64,000 nt of DNA. It comes from a virus. The notes below the pieces were generated by a model. The model saw only the letters and a program-made list of their open reading frames with translations, did not search any database and was not told the DNA's origin. The stretch is taken from the IMG/VR virus record IMGVR_UViG_3300021371_000007, positions 1-64,000 of that record; one strand, written 5' to 3'. Shown here piece by piece: positions 21,001 to 30,496 of this stretch (position 1 is its first letter; each line of letters starts with the position of its first letter). The position numbers were made by a program, and so were the translations under genes.

Positions 21001-24000
21001 AAGCATTAGACTTAATAGAAGAATCTGGAAGAGTGTTCGGAGAACAATCTGAACAAGTACGAAGAGCAAAAGATGCAGCTCAGAATATGGTTTTAGCGCA
21101 TTTAGATTTACATGTAGCGGAAGATCGCACTGTAAGCCTACTTAGTGATACGTCTACTAATTTGAGTGGCATGGCTATGGCTATGGAGACTGTAAAAGCA
21201 GAAATGAATGCTATGCAAGAAGCTATTGAGGCTACAGGGGTTAATGCTGACGAAGCTTCTAGAATAATAGAAGAAGGCATAACACTTAAAATTAGACAAA
21301 TGGCTCAAGACTTTGGGGATGCGTTAAGTGACGTAATTCAGTTTGGTGATAGTCTAGAATCAAGCGCTGTTCAAGGATTAAAAGATGTTTTAGAATATCA
21401 ACAGGCTATAGTAAGAGATGCTGCCCATATTCAAGAACAGCTAGGTAATGGTTATGATTTTATAGCTCGTGCAGAAAAAGCTTTAGCTATTCAAAGAGGT
21501 AATATAGTAGCTAAAGCTTCAGATCAAGAATTAAAAGCTCTTAGTGATTTAGCAGGTGCAGGACAAGAATTTAGTAACGCTGCTATGAAAGCAGCTACTG
21601 ATGCTGAAATAACTAGAAGAGTTATGAATAATATATTTGAGGGGGCAAAACAGCTTACTCAAGCACAAAGAAGTTCAAGATCTGTAGGAAGAGGTCTGGC
21701 TTTTGCTGAGGGAGGTTTTGTACCAGGTACCCCTGAACAACAAAATAAAGACTCAGTGCCTGCATTACTAATGCCTGGAGAGTATGTATTAAATAAAGAA
21801 GCAGTTAAGAATGTTGGAGTAGGAACTTTAGCTGCTTTTAATTCTGGAGCTTTTAAAAAGATGGAAGCTGGGGGTAGTACTACTGGAGGAGTCATTACTC
21901 CTAATAAAATAGCTACTGATGCTTTTGGGGGTACTTTTGGTATAGACCCTGCTACTCAAGCACTATTCAAAAACTTTAGTCAAGATATGACTACTACTTT
22001 AGAGTTTTATGAAGCTAGAGAGCTAGTTGCTCAAGCTAATATAGAACTTTTTGAGACTTATTCAGACCTTAGAGAGGCTGCAGGGGCTAGCAATGATCTT
22101 ATGAATGCTTTTGGTCTTATAGTAGATCATATAGAGCGAGGGGAAATAGGTCTCGCTACTGCAGTATTTGATATAGCACATAATCTAACAGAAGCCACTA
22201 GCGCTACAGAAGCTTATACTCTTTCTCTATCTCAAAATCAAGCACAACAAGCTTTAGCTTCTGCCGGTGTTAATTTACAAAATGAAAATATAGACACTTT
22301 AACAGATAACTTAACTAGTTTCTACACTAGTATAAATACGTCTTCTGTAACTGCTGGAGATTTAGAAGCTGTAATAAGTCAAATGAATATAGCGCTATCT
22401 CAAGGAGTTATATTTGGTAGTGAGTATGGATCAATACTAGATGATGTTACTTCAGATTTTGATAATGCTTTAGCAGCCTTAGATGAATATTCTTCTTTCT
22501 TCTTAGAGCTTCAAGATATTACTTTAGACCCTACAGGAATTATAAGCTCTATAAGATCTGTTCAGTATGCATTTGAAGATGGTATGAATACTATGACAGA
22601 TGCGGTCACAGATGGATTTATAGATACAATAGAAGCTGCTACTGTACAAGTTAGACTTAATAAAAGACTAGAAAAAGAAAGAATAGATTTAATTAAAAAC
22701 TCTTCAGATGAGCAACTTAGAATAATTAGAGATACACAAGATTCAATTGCAGACGCAACTTTTAAAACAGGCGCTATAGCAGAAATAGCTGTTAGAAAAA
22801 TACTAGCAGTATCTTCTGCTTTTGGTACCTTTGAACAAGGATTAGTAGGTTTTTATAATAACTTAGTACAATCATCAGATAACTTTACTAGAACTTTAAG
22901 TGCTTCTGTAGTTAGTAGTATACAAGCAGCAGGTATAGTAATAGATGATGAGTTAGATACTAATTTCTTAGGTACACTAACTAATTTTGCTACACTATCT
23001 AAAAGTGGTTCTTCAAGTGTTCAAGCACTATCTACTGCGTTAGAACAATTAAATTATCAGTTAGAGATTGGAGAGACTATAGACACTGACACTTATAAAG
23101 AGGGAGTGGCCTTTTTACAGTCTTCCTTTATGGAGTTTTTAGATTTATTTAGTGGTATGTCTAATGCCTTTAGAGAAGCAGAATCAAACCTTGATAATTT
23201 TAAAACTACTTTACACTCTTCTTTCACCTCTATAACTGATGAACTAGAAGCTTTACTTAAAACTTTAGTAACTACTTATAGAACTACTTTAGCAGATGTT
23301 AAGACTATGTATCAAGAAGCAGTATCTCAACAAAAAGAAGCAGAAGAGTCATTATATGGAGTATTATTTAGTGCGCAAAATGCCTTTATAGATGCTGGAG
23401 GACATTTAGATGGTCACATATCTAGAATAGATGATATTGTAAAAGGTTTAGATCCTACATATCAGGGATATGCAGGATTAGATCAGTATTTAAAACAACT
23501 TCAAATAGATGTTCAAGCAGGTATCACTTCTTTAGGCGATATAAACACATCTCAATCTTTAGCAGCACTACAAACTAATCTTTCTAATAGTTTAGCAGAC
23601 TTAGCCATACTTCAAACACTTCCTGATTCTGCAGATAAATTTGTAAAAATAAGTAGAAAACTTTCAGAAATAGATGATATTAATAATCAAATATCTGCAG
23701 GAACTCAATCTACAGACGCACTAAAAGAAGCTACGTTAGACTTACTAAAAGTTGAAGAAGAGCTAAACTTTAATAATACTACTGCAGGACTACAACAAGT
23801 AGACTTAACCTTACAAGGTATAAGTCAAGATTTGCTTCAAAATGCTATAGATGCTAGAACTGCATTTAATACTTCTAATCAACTTTTAGATGATTTCACT
23901 ACAGCTTTAAACGCTAATTTTACTCCTAATTTAGTAGCTTCTACTACTGCTGTTAATAGCAGCACATTAAGTCTGTCTTCCTTTATAGCAGAGATGCAAT

Positions 24001-27000
24001 CTGCTAATCAAGTATTTTCAGACATAACTACTGCGGTTTCTGCTATAAATGCTACAGGAATTCAAGAAATAATAGATACCTTAGATGTAATATCTAACCC
24101 TACGGATGAAGTGAATGTAGATGTAGTAGATACTAGTTATAGAGGTATTTCAGATTTAAACGATATTTTAAGTAACTTTACTGGCATAGTCGCTGCCAAA
24201 ACTGCTTTTGAAAATCTATATGGATCAATAGCTGCAGTAACTCCTGTTTTACCTTTACAAGAATTTAATGACTTAAATGCTGAATTTATAAATTTAGAAA
24301 ATACAATAACTTCATTACTAGGTACTATGGGTAATAATAGTATTGCGGATATGGATGCAACTTTTGAGCAATTTGTATTAGACTCTATAGCTTTATTACA
24401 GAATCCTTTAACTTTATCAGGAGTTTCTACTTCAGGTTCTACAACTAATATAGCTGCTCAAGCTATTACAGGTTCAGGAGCTGTTAATAATCCTCAAATA
24501 AGTACTCAAACTTCTTTACTTCAACAAATTTTAACTCAAGGTTTAGGGGTTCAGAGTCCTGGCTACTTATTCTACACTAATCAAATATTAGAGCAAATAA
24601 GAACAGTATTAGAAGATATGTTAGTATTACAAGGAGGCACTCTACCTACTTATGCTAATATCACTTCTACCTTTACTGCTCCTACAGCAACTGGAAGTAC
24701 TACTACTGCTACTGTGCCTACAGGAACTACTACAGGATTACCTAGTTTAAATCAATCAGGAATACTAGGCCTTACGGGTCAGCTATTTGAAGTAGAAGAG
24801 CCTATAACTAGACCTGCTGATTATTTTTATATTGTAATACCTAAACTTGTTGCTATAGACGAATTTTATATAGTAGACCCTATTGAAGTAGATTATGAGT
24901 TTTTCTTTGATCTAACTCCTGTATCTGTTACTTCTATAGACACTGGTAATGGAGGGGATCATTTCTTTAATATAACTACAGTAGATACTGATTTTGATAA
25001 ATGGTTTAATGCTCCAACTTTAATAGACACTGAATATAGTAAATGGTTTAATGATCCCACTGTAATAGATACTAACTTTAATAAGTGGTTAAAAATTGTA
25101 GAAGAAGAAACAGGTATTTTTGATTGGGTCACAATAACTAAGTCTGCAGCTAATTATCAAACATTCTTTGAGGCACCTACTAAGGTAAATCACTCTGTAG
25201 CTACTTGGTATAACTTACCTACCAAGTTAGATAATACAGCTAATTTATGGTATAACTTACCTACCAAGAAAGATATAGACTATACAGATTGGTTTACGTT
25301 AAATAAAGTAGCTGTTAAATACTCGCAGTTTTTTGATCCCGAAGATAAAATAGCTTTAACAGATCATATAGATCCTGTTACAGTAGCTGCAGATTCTTTA
25401 TTTACTATAAACAAAAACTCAAAAGATGCTGATGATTTATACTCTATAAACTCTATAGAAAAAGACTATTCAACCTTCTTTAAAATAACAGCTAAAGATT
25501 TTGATTATACAGATTTCTTTAAAATAGTTGAAAAAGATATTACTGATTTTATACAAATATCAAAATCCACAAAGACGGCTATAGAGCTATTCACTATTCA
25601 AAAAAGTGAAGTAACAGGTAGCACTTTATTTTCTATAACAGCAGATTCAGTAGCAGCGTCTACACTTATAACTGTAAAGGCCAATAATAGAATACAAGTA
25701 GGAGCAGATGAGATATTTGATAAACCTACCTCAAAAATGGCTTTAAGCTTGTCAGATATATTTAGTAATTATGAAAGCGGTGCTTTTGATTGGACAAAAG
25801 CTGTAATAAGTGTAGGCCAAGTAATTAATGAGGACAAGCTTAAAGAAGGTCTGGCAAATAAGGCTATTCTTGCTACGGGTGATATTTTTGATAACTGGAA
25901 CGGTTCAGGCTTTGATATTGATAGTGTTGACATTAGCTACTTAGATTTATTTAACTTAGCAGTTACAGATATAGAATATACAACACTATTTAAACTGCCT
26001 AATGATGCAGGCAAAGAAAGTTTACACTGGAGTAGCTGGTTTAAAGTAGATCCTGCAGATAAAATGGATGCAAGAGATTTATTTACTTTTATATCTCCTG
26101 AACCCGTATCCGCCCTTGATTTATTTAATCCTACATCTCAATCGGTAGATGGGTCTGCTCTTTTTGTATTAAGTAATACTTTACAAAAAATAGATGCTAA
26201 TAATCTTTATGACATTGAAAAAGAAACTAAAGCGGCTACTGACTTCTTTACTATTACAGGAGTGCAACTTAAAGGCGCAGACTTTATTGATTTAAGTTAC
26301 TTAGCCGACTCTAAATATATAGCAGAAGCTAAGAATGTATTAGACGTTACCGGTAAGCTTACTGTTCAATCTTCTGATGTATTCAAAGTATCCGGTACTT
26401 TAGATAAAACAGCTAATCAAGTATATAATATAACCAAGAGTGATAAAGCAGGAGCTGCTTTCTGGGAAGTTACTGCTAGTGAGCAATCAGGGGCTTCTTT
26501 CTTTACGCCTACTAAAAGTGAATTAGCAGGTTTAAATTTCTTTAGTCCTACTCAAAGCACTATAACAGCTAACGATTTATTTAACTTTAATAAAGTAAAA
26601 ATAGATGTTAGCACTATGTTTGAATCTGAGTTATCTACTCTAACAGATGCAGTTAATGATCAAGATAGCTACTTAATTACTAACTATGGCAAATTAGAAA
26701 CTATAAAAAGTTATACTAAAGTATCTAGTGAGAAGCTTACAAATATCGCAAAAGCAGATTCAGATTTTCATGCTGCTATATTAGAAGATACTGCCTACTT
26801 AGAAACTATTGCTACCTCTTTAGGAGATTTAGCTGATATTAAAGCTAATACTGCCGATATTAAAACTAATACTTCTGTAAACGTATCTAAGCTTACTAAA
26901 ATAGAAAATAATACAGACGGTATAGAAGAGAAATTAGATCATATTTCTGATGATTTAGATGGTATTGCAAAAGACTTGGCAGATAAATTAGATCATATTT

Positions 27001-28319
27001 CTGATAATTTGGATACTTTAGAAAAAACTGCAAACGCTATTGAAGGGTATGTATTATATCTACCTGGCATGTCTACAGAGCTTACCGATCAAGGAAAAAC
27101 TTTGGTTACTATAGATAGTGTATTAGACGCTATAGAAATAGACACTTCAAATATGGTTACCTACCTAGAAAGCATAGCTACTAATAGTGCATATCTTAAA
27201 ACAATAGATCAAGATACAAGCCATTTAAAAACTAATGCAGATAATAAAATCTCTCATATTTCTGGTAATTTAGATGATATAATAAGTAATACAGATAAGA
27301 ACAGAACTCGCTATAAATACTCAGGCGCTACATCAGTTAACTTAGCAACTGGAGGTCCTGTAGTGGGGCCAGGAACTTCTACTAGCGACTCTATTCCTGC
27401 CAACTTGTCCAACGGTGAGTATGTAATAAAAGCTTCTTCTGCTAAAAGTATGGGTAGAGAGGTGTTAGACATGCTTAATTCTACAGGGTCTATATCCTCA
27501 CTAGGTAGAAAAGGAGATACAGAATTAGCGCATATTAACACTGTAGAAGCACAAATGCTTAAGTCAATAGGTGGTTCAGGCTCTAAAAATCCTCTTTCTG
27601 GTCTTAAAGAGTTTTTCTTTGATGACTTTAATCCTTTAACAGGTCTTAAAGACGCTGCACTCTCTGCTGCTAAATCAATTATAAGTAACACAAATAATCC
27701 AGAAGGTTATAGGCCAGAAAAAATAGGTAGTAATGCTAGTTGGAATACCGCAAACTTTGCTAATAATACTTTTGCTAAAAAAGTACTAGTAGAGCTTACA
27801 AGATATATAGCAGCTAATAGAGATGGAAAAGCCTTTACTCACTCTCAAGCCTTTAACTCTATTTCTGATGCATGGTTTGAGTATGATAAACCTAATATTA
27901 TACAATTTAATAGAGGTTCCTCGTTTAACAACGGTATCAGAGGTACAAGTAGTATAAGTAGCTTAATAACAAGACTTCAAAATGCTTATCCTTCTTTTGC
28001 TAACGGTGGTGAGATTTCAGGTGCTGGTACTAGTACTAGTGACTCTATAATGGCTATGTTGTCGGACGGTGAGTATATTATTAGAAATTCATCTGTTGAC
28101 AATGTGGGGGTAAATACTTTAGACTATATAAATAATACGGGACAACTACCTCAAGGCGACACTAATGTAGAAGTAAATATTACTAATAATGGGTCTCCAG
28201 TGGACGTAGAAGCTGAGCCTAAAGTTAGTATAATAGACGGTAAGGTAGTGGTAGATGTTATACTTAAAGATTTAAGAACTAATGGTCCTATTAAGAAGAC
28301 TATTAAGAAGATAAAGTAG
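15057..28319 (+). CDS. Giant tape measure protein (4420 aa)
   Basis: T5 pb2-like N-terminus (R.F.A.A..LGGL..AYA.AAA.VFAL..AF, ELLDELGI), hydrophobic segments, long coiled coils, GG.V.G.GT.TSDS..A.LS.GEY motifs; follows chaperones. Confidence 0.9.
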   Translation: MAGNINTNVNLNVKSTGTKRATKDINALNSALRKIGAASDNSTKGSDKLNRSTTRLGQSSASAGRQFSAQAAGLGGLVGAYAGAAATVFALQQAFSALNRAAQVDNIIRGTQTLAAKVGENGNQILQSLQDITQGQVALGEAAEKANLALSTGFSTKQIEQLANISTKVSVALGRNLSDAFERLTRGAAKLEPELLDELGIFTKLEPATKAYAKEIGKAVNDLTEFERRQAFVNAIIEEGNRKFSEIDTSAPSAQKSLNRLSATLQDLGHKFGVLAAEALVPVIDFFTKDFTGAISVFALVARQLASSGLTSLTAGINSFSASLDSNIARLGDQISASKNSQQAMTDFSESVKNNNNFMVLGNKAQAEQALKFKGMGAASTLAATDLKSFIAVQQEQINLGASRLVQLEKENKSLIARSKLGPLTSPADIAALKSYSAESEKLQANQFILTKRINDANVALVAQSTKLKAVAVASRVAAVSVRALTNAFSVLLRVLNVALLALSFGPLLLNLVGQIGIFNTAINYLKDTFLALRNANKDLELGIRALGARSEVGISKITEQYKQLGLSAREAADAQESAIKRVAAALKDNDSKIEEVFGKFSGAATISGLMAIAAGVTAIFSAAAAGIAAIVVGGLSLIDMSLAYLFGYESISKKLASSAAEALGGPSKTLKEGEEAAASLRKEVEELQDSFNRTGDLALLQEIDQINAFRDAILDTDSAVTMFTGTLSRLTGQDASLIDELLGTTEADFSDTSLKLGGLEIATREVGKTFTVANESIGLILPTFVGFESTLLRANNAMRDGSVSSKSFVEIINSLRTSQSNLSDTIDIVTSRISIQEQKIKKLNAEGTEEARVRADELVDSNRDLITTLGALETRFEETTNRLNELSEAGDQANKSLVKFENIQKVFKSAADTITNAKFKGLFVETAEGLEFATSSTQKFVNQVNSLKNELVGIGGLTDLEDNVAAFEKLGQVIRSDDGSVTTTTDRAAEAVRELNLAVANREFMEKSIKGLLLGQVEAVKQQTRELEKQSRIARQQLQQATLKAEIDISKARLTSLNKARAEEISIRKVKADGAAISSDLAAAELSIARDILSEREKSIDIQQEQLKIVSQIAEERIKGAKEELSAQKQMISLAKEGLAFDDSFFDKDITKILNLLADIGSASLDVEISQKETDLAEKQAETAAQLAKLEANKQTFAAEILAKEQELSLLEIDSRVADLSARIEISRAERQNEIDSLTERRSIAELEAQLKRETYAANLENKREELKILDQKRQDTIKLVDSFNNLTTDMGTEFDTFISELQATLSTQKIALEAKETIVVDPSDDKSADPVQSSAEALNKSADSLETVAKETSTLVEEVTNTGQSSLDSLQALETSAQATNEIAKITNTTLDTTISNKKIENDLISKNEDERLAALGAESAALKEKHAIETENSNAALETANKTAELEEEKAKNAEAALQAQIKANQLAQRQAAFQIMNQTGTLLRELSVGRAEKARDKAAESRDKVLDKQEEVLSRVSSLRSSEADAMAGAVDILKERRALERDIISSIADSDASGYLKTTEAYFQNLNALDEQTKVLSEAQANRAIAEAELAVQDYKVIEATNNLSSAEKDLENAHNSLVGKTGDVLQKFGSLGNSMVSLVGLAQQLTGAFTTLGNTLVGSVTGESNNQITEAVKDGFDKSKAAETSAQVTGNVVTDLKNVLVGSVRELGGAFERFNQESIGAAGGAAQYFAESDGSLTDFAAAGLGKAVTPMITGFIEDFITTALGPVGGIAMTAIDFIAGDFISGVIGDALEGISNFFAPRKWNRSTVDLTTGNITDRKDSGVDLDPVAKSAFKMNQALETVTGGLQRFTESQAILTTKGSDIRERFLELRGGGAEAVRLDFNSENFGKDLFEGLIKGLDPRSLTEDMKTAIGNMDFGKEIEDNMKDLNFAKGFDGLMTQLESAGGKFTNLGEFIELVNIKAEAAAASFAQGALQQALDLIEESGRVFGEQSEQVRRAKDAAQNMVLAHLDLHVAEDRTVSLLSDTSTNLSGMAMAMETVKAEMNAMQEAIEATGVNADEASRIIEEGITLKIRQMAQDFGDALSDVIQFGDSLESSAVQGLKDVLEYQQAIVRDAAHIQEQLGNGYDFIARAEKALAIQRGNIVAKASDQELKALSDLAGAGQEFSNAAMKAATDAEITRRVMNNIFEGAKQLTQAQRSSRSVGRGLAFAEGGFVPGTPEQQNKDSVPALLMPGEYVLNKEAVKNVGVGTLAAFNSGAFKKMEAGGSTTGGVITPNKIATDAFGGTFGIDPATQALFKNFSQDMTTTLEFYEARELVAQANIELFETYSDLREAAGASNDLMNAFGLIVDHIERGEIGLATAVFDIAHNLTEATSATEAYTLSLSQNQAQQALASAGVNLQNENIDTLTDNLTSFYTSINTSSVTAGDLEAVISQMNIALSQGVIFGSEYGSILDDVTSDFDNALAALDEYSSFFLELQDITLDPTGIISSIRSVQYAFEDGMNTMTDAVTDGFIDTIEAATVQVRLNKRLEKERIDLIKNSSDEQLRIIRDTQDSIADATFKTGAIAEIAVRKILAVSSAFGTFEQGLVGFYNNLVQSSDNFTRTLSASVVSSIQAAGIVIDDELDTNFLGTLTNFATLSKSGSSSVQALSTALEQLNYQLEIGETIDTDTYKEGVAFLQSSFMEFLDLFSGMSNAFREAESNLDNFKTTLHSSFTSITDELEALLKTLVTTYRTTLADVKTMYQEAVSQQKEAEESLYGVLFSAQNAFIDAGGHLDGHISRIDDIVKGLDPTYQGYAGLDQYLKQLQIDVQAGITSLGDINTSQSLAALQTNLSNSLADLAILQTLPDSADKFVKISRKLSEIDDINNQISAGTQSTDALKEATLDLLKVEEELNFNNTTAGLQQVDLTLQGISQDLLQNAIDARTAFNTSNQLLDDFTTALNANFTPNLVASTTAVNSSTLSLSSFIAEMQSANQVFSDITTAVSAINATGIQEIIDTLDVISNPTDEVNVDVVDTSYRGISDLNDILSNFTGIVAAKTAFENLYGSIAAVTPVLPLQEFNDLNAEFINLENTITSLLGTMGNNSIADMDATFEQFVLDSIALLQNPLTLSGVSTSGSTTNIAAQAITGSGAVNNPQISTQTSLLQQILTQGLGVQSPGYLFYTNQILEQIRTVLEDMLVLQGGTLPTYANITSTFTAPTATGSTTTATVPTGTTTGLPSLNQSGILGLTGQLFEVEEPITRPADYFYIVIPKLVAIDEFYIVDPIEVDYEFFFDLTPVSVTSIDTGNGGDHFFNITTVDTDFDKWFNAPTLIDTEYSKWFNDPTVIDTNFNKWLKIVEEETGIFDWVTITKSAANYQTFFEAPTKVNHSVATWYNLPTKLDNTANLWYNLPTKKDIDYTDWFTLNKVAVKYSQFFDPEDKIALTDHIDPVTVAADSLFTINKNSKDADDLYSINSIEKDYSTFFKITAKDFDYTDFFKIVEKDITDFIQISKSTKTAIELFTIQKSEVTGSTLFSITADSVAASTLITVKANNRIQVGADEIFDKPTSKMALSLSDIFSNYESGAFDWTKAVISVGQVINEDKLKEGLANKAILATGDIFDNWNGSGFDIDSVDISYLDLFNLAVTDIEYTTLFKLPNDAGKESLHWSSWFKVDPADKMDARDLFTFISPEPVSALDLFNPTSQSVDGSALFVLSNTLQKIDANNLYDIEKETKAATDFFTITGVQLKGADFIDLSYLADSKYIAEAKNVLDVTGKLTVQSSDVFKVSGTLDKTANQVYNITKSDKAGAAFWEVTASEQSGASFFTPTKSELAGLNFFSPTQSTITANDLFNFNKVKIDVSTMFESELSTLTDAVNDQDSYLITNYGKLETIKSYTKVSSEKLTNIAKADSDFHAAILEDTAYLETIATSLGDLADIKANTADIKTNTSVNVSKLTKIENNTDGIEEKLDHISDDLDGIAKDLADKLDHISDNLDTLEKTANAIEGYVLYLPGMSTELTDQGKTLVTIDSVLDAIEIDTSNMVTYLESIATNSAYLKTIDQDTSHLKTNADNKISHISGNLDDIISNTDKNRTRYKYSGATSVNLATGGPVVGPGTSTSDSIPANLSNGEYVIKASSAKSMGREVLDMLNSTGSISSLGRKGDTELAHINTVEAQMLKSIGGSGSKNPLSGLKEFFFDDFNPLTGLKDAALSAAKSIISNTNNPEGYRPEKIGSNASWNTANFANNTFAKKVLVELTRYIAANRDGKAFTHSQAFNSISDAWFEYDKPNIIQFNRGSSFNNGIRGTSSISSLITRLQNAYPSFANGGEISGAGTSTSDSIMAMLSDGEYIIRNSSVDNVGVNTLDYINNTGQLPQGDTNVEVNITNNGSPVDVEAEPKVSIIDGKVVVDVILKDLRTNGPIKKTIKKIK

Positions 28320-28325
28320 AGGGAC

Positions 28326-28706
28326 ATGGCAACATACACATATCCAGATGATGCGTCAATGGACGATAGAAAACCAGATAGGGGCTATAGCATTGCTAGA
28401 GCCCCTAATAATACATCTTTTAGCTCTGTTTTAGGCTATGAAAAAAGAAAAAGATTATCTAGAAAGGTACTAAGAAAATTTACTTTTAGCTATACAAATA
28501 TAAGTGAGGCTAGAAAAACTAGTATTGAAAATTTTTACTTAGACAGAGGTGGAAACTTTGAGACTTTTAAATTAGACTTAGCTCATTTTGGACTATCAGG
28601 AACCGCTAATGTTAAGTTTTCTGAATCTTTAGATATAAACCATGTAATCTCTGGTGATAATACTGATATATTTAACATATCTCTAATACTAACTGAGGTG
28701 GCTTAA
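28326..28706 (+). CDS. Distal tail protein (lambda gpM-like)
   Basis: 126 aa after tape measure gene; PDRG, GYE.R, I.NF...RGG..E.F. Confidence 0.7.
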   Translation: MATYTYPDDASMDDRKPDRGYSIARAPNNTSFSSVLGYEKRKRLSRKVLRKFTFSYTNISEARKTSIENFYLDRGGNFETFKLDLAHFGLSGTANVKFSESLDINHVISGDNTDIFNISLILTEVA

Positions 28707-30496
28707 TGTCTTCTCGTTCGTATGATTTTATACTTACACTGGCTGATACAAGTAGCTTTTCTGTAGGAAATTCTGTGCTAGGAGTTTCTTCTAATGCTTT
28801 TGGTCAAGTAATATCTAAAGATAGCAGTAATCTAAAAGTAAAAGTAGCTAATTCTAAACACTACTTTATTTCTTCAGAAAATATAATTTCTAATGTGACA
28901 GTCAATACGTCTGCTACATATCAACAATCTTTTACTTCTACTCCTATAGTAATAGACAGTAATTCTTATTCTATAAACGGTACAAGTAATACTTTTGCGC
29001 TACCTCATGTCCCCTTACATAAAGCAGAAATTGAAATATATGCTGATAATGTATTTATAGAATCTGAAAAATATGTATGGCCTAGTACAGTTTTAGATGA
29101 TGTAGGTGTAGATTTTAAAGACATAGAGATAATAACTTTTCCCGCAGCAAATGATAGAGCTATAGTATCTAGTGCTAATTTTCCTACTACGGGTACTAAT
29201 AATTTAACCTTAAAAGTATCTACAGGAGATAAAGATTCTTTATCTTTTTTAGGCTCTAACACGCCTACTACTCAAATACAAACAGGAGCTAGTACCATAA
29301 CTACTATACATCCTTCTAATTTTGTGCTAAATAGAAATGCTTTTGAAGAAGAACCTATTGTAAGATTATACTCTATTTATTATCCAGGAGAGTGGTATCC
29401 TGCTAATGATAAGGGTAATCCAACAGCAGAGGGTACAGGAAGACCTTGGCCTTACGGTTTTCCTATTAGATACGCAGAAATAATAGGAGAAGACTTTTCT
29501 ATTGATGACTATACAATAACTCATCAAAGTAATAATTATGTATCTTTTCCTATTAACTATCCTGGAATATCTATTAGTTCTGATGGGTCTATAGGAGAGA
29601 TAGACTTAGAAATAAGTAGTATTGATTTATCTCTACCTACCTTAGTAGAAGATCCGTTTTTAGTAGGCTATAATAATACTTCTGCAATATCTAGCACAGT
29701 TAATGGTGAAGTACTAACTAATATTGATCCAAGGACTGTACTTTCTAATCCTTCTTATGACGCAAATATAGTAGATTCTAGAGGAGAAAACCAGCCTTAT
29801 GATCATTCTACTACTATTTCTCTAGGAGAAGAATGGGTATCTTTGATGCCTGATAGTAGAGACTTACTAGGAGCAGTAGTAGAGGTAAGAAGCTACTATG
29901 CATCTTCACTAGAGTATTGGCCTGAGTTTTCTATTATAAGTAGTGTATCTGGAAACTCTATAGGCTTAGAATCTACAGCTCCTTATAGAGTAGGAGACAC
30001 AGTTAATAGTAATGTAAGTACTAGCACTGCTACTATCACTGCTGTATATAGTAATAACTATATAAAATTAGATCAGTCTATTTCTGGTGCTGTGATAGGA
30101 GATAAGCTTTTAATAAATAATAGTAATTATGATCCTGATGCTTATGTAGAAAGAAAATTTACAATTAATAAACTTAACTCATATAATGATTCTTCTATTA
30201 GTTTCAACTTAGGAAGCAGAACAACTAATTTGCTAAAAGAAGTCCCAAGAAGAAAATTTTATAAAAACACTTGTCCTTGGAAATATAAAGGAGTAGAGTG
30301 TAAGTATCCTAGTGGTGGCACAGGAGTAATTAGCAATAGTATACTACCTAAAACTGCTAATGGTATGTTTACTATAAACAATGTAGCTACTTCTGATCCC
30401 AACTTAGATAAATGTTCTAAAAGTATATCTGCTTGTAGATTAAGAAATAATCTGTTAAATTGGGGAGGGTTTCCTGGTGTTAGAAACAAAATTTAA
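28706..30496 (+). CDS. Tail tip protein L-like, enlarged
   Basis: C-terminal PRR.F..N.CPW.YKG.EC ... D.CSK....C.LR....WGGFPG, the four-Cys Fe-S motif of lambda gpL. Confidence 0.8.
   Translation: MSSRSYDFILTLADTSSFSVGNSVLGVSSNAFGQVISKDSSNLKVKVANSKHYFISSENIISNVTVNTSATYQQSFTSTPIVIDSNSYSINGTSNTFALPHVPLHKAEIEIYADNVFIESEKYVWPSTVLDDVGVDFKDIEIITFPAANDRAIVSSANFPTTGTNNLTLKVSTGDKDSLSFLGSNTPTTQIQTGASTITTIHPSNFVLNRNAFEEEPIVRLYSIYYPGEWYPANDKGNPTAEGTGRPWPYGFPIRYAEIIGEDFSIDDYTITHQSNNYVSFPINYPGISISSDGSIGEIDLEISSIDLSLPTLVEDPFLVGYNNTSAISSTVNGEVLTNIDPRTVLSNPSYDANIVDSRGENQPYDHSTTISLGEEWVSLMPDSRDLLGAVVEVRSYYASSLEYWPEFSIISSVSGNSIGLESTAPYRVGDTVNSNVSTSTATITAVYSNNYIKLDQSISGAVIGDKLLINNSNYDPDAYVERKFTINKLNSYNDSSISFNLGSRTTNLLKEVPRRKFYKNTCPWKYKGVECKYPSGGTGVISNSILPKTANGMFTINNVATSDPNLDKCSKSISACRLRNNLLNWGGFPGVRNKI

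Noticed and set aside
26931-27008. Direct repeat AAATTAGATCATATTTCTGAT at 26931 and 26985
   Set aside because: Encodes KLDHISD heptad repeats within the tape measure coiled coil; not a separate element
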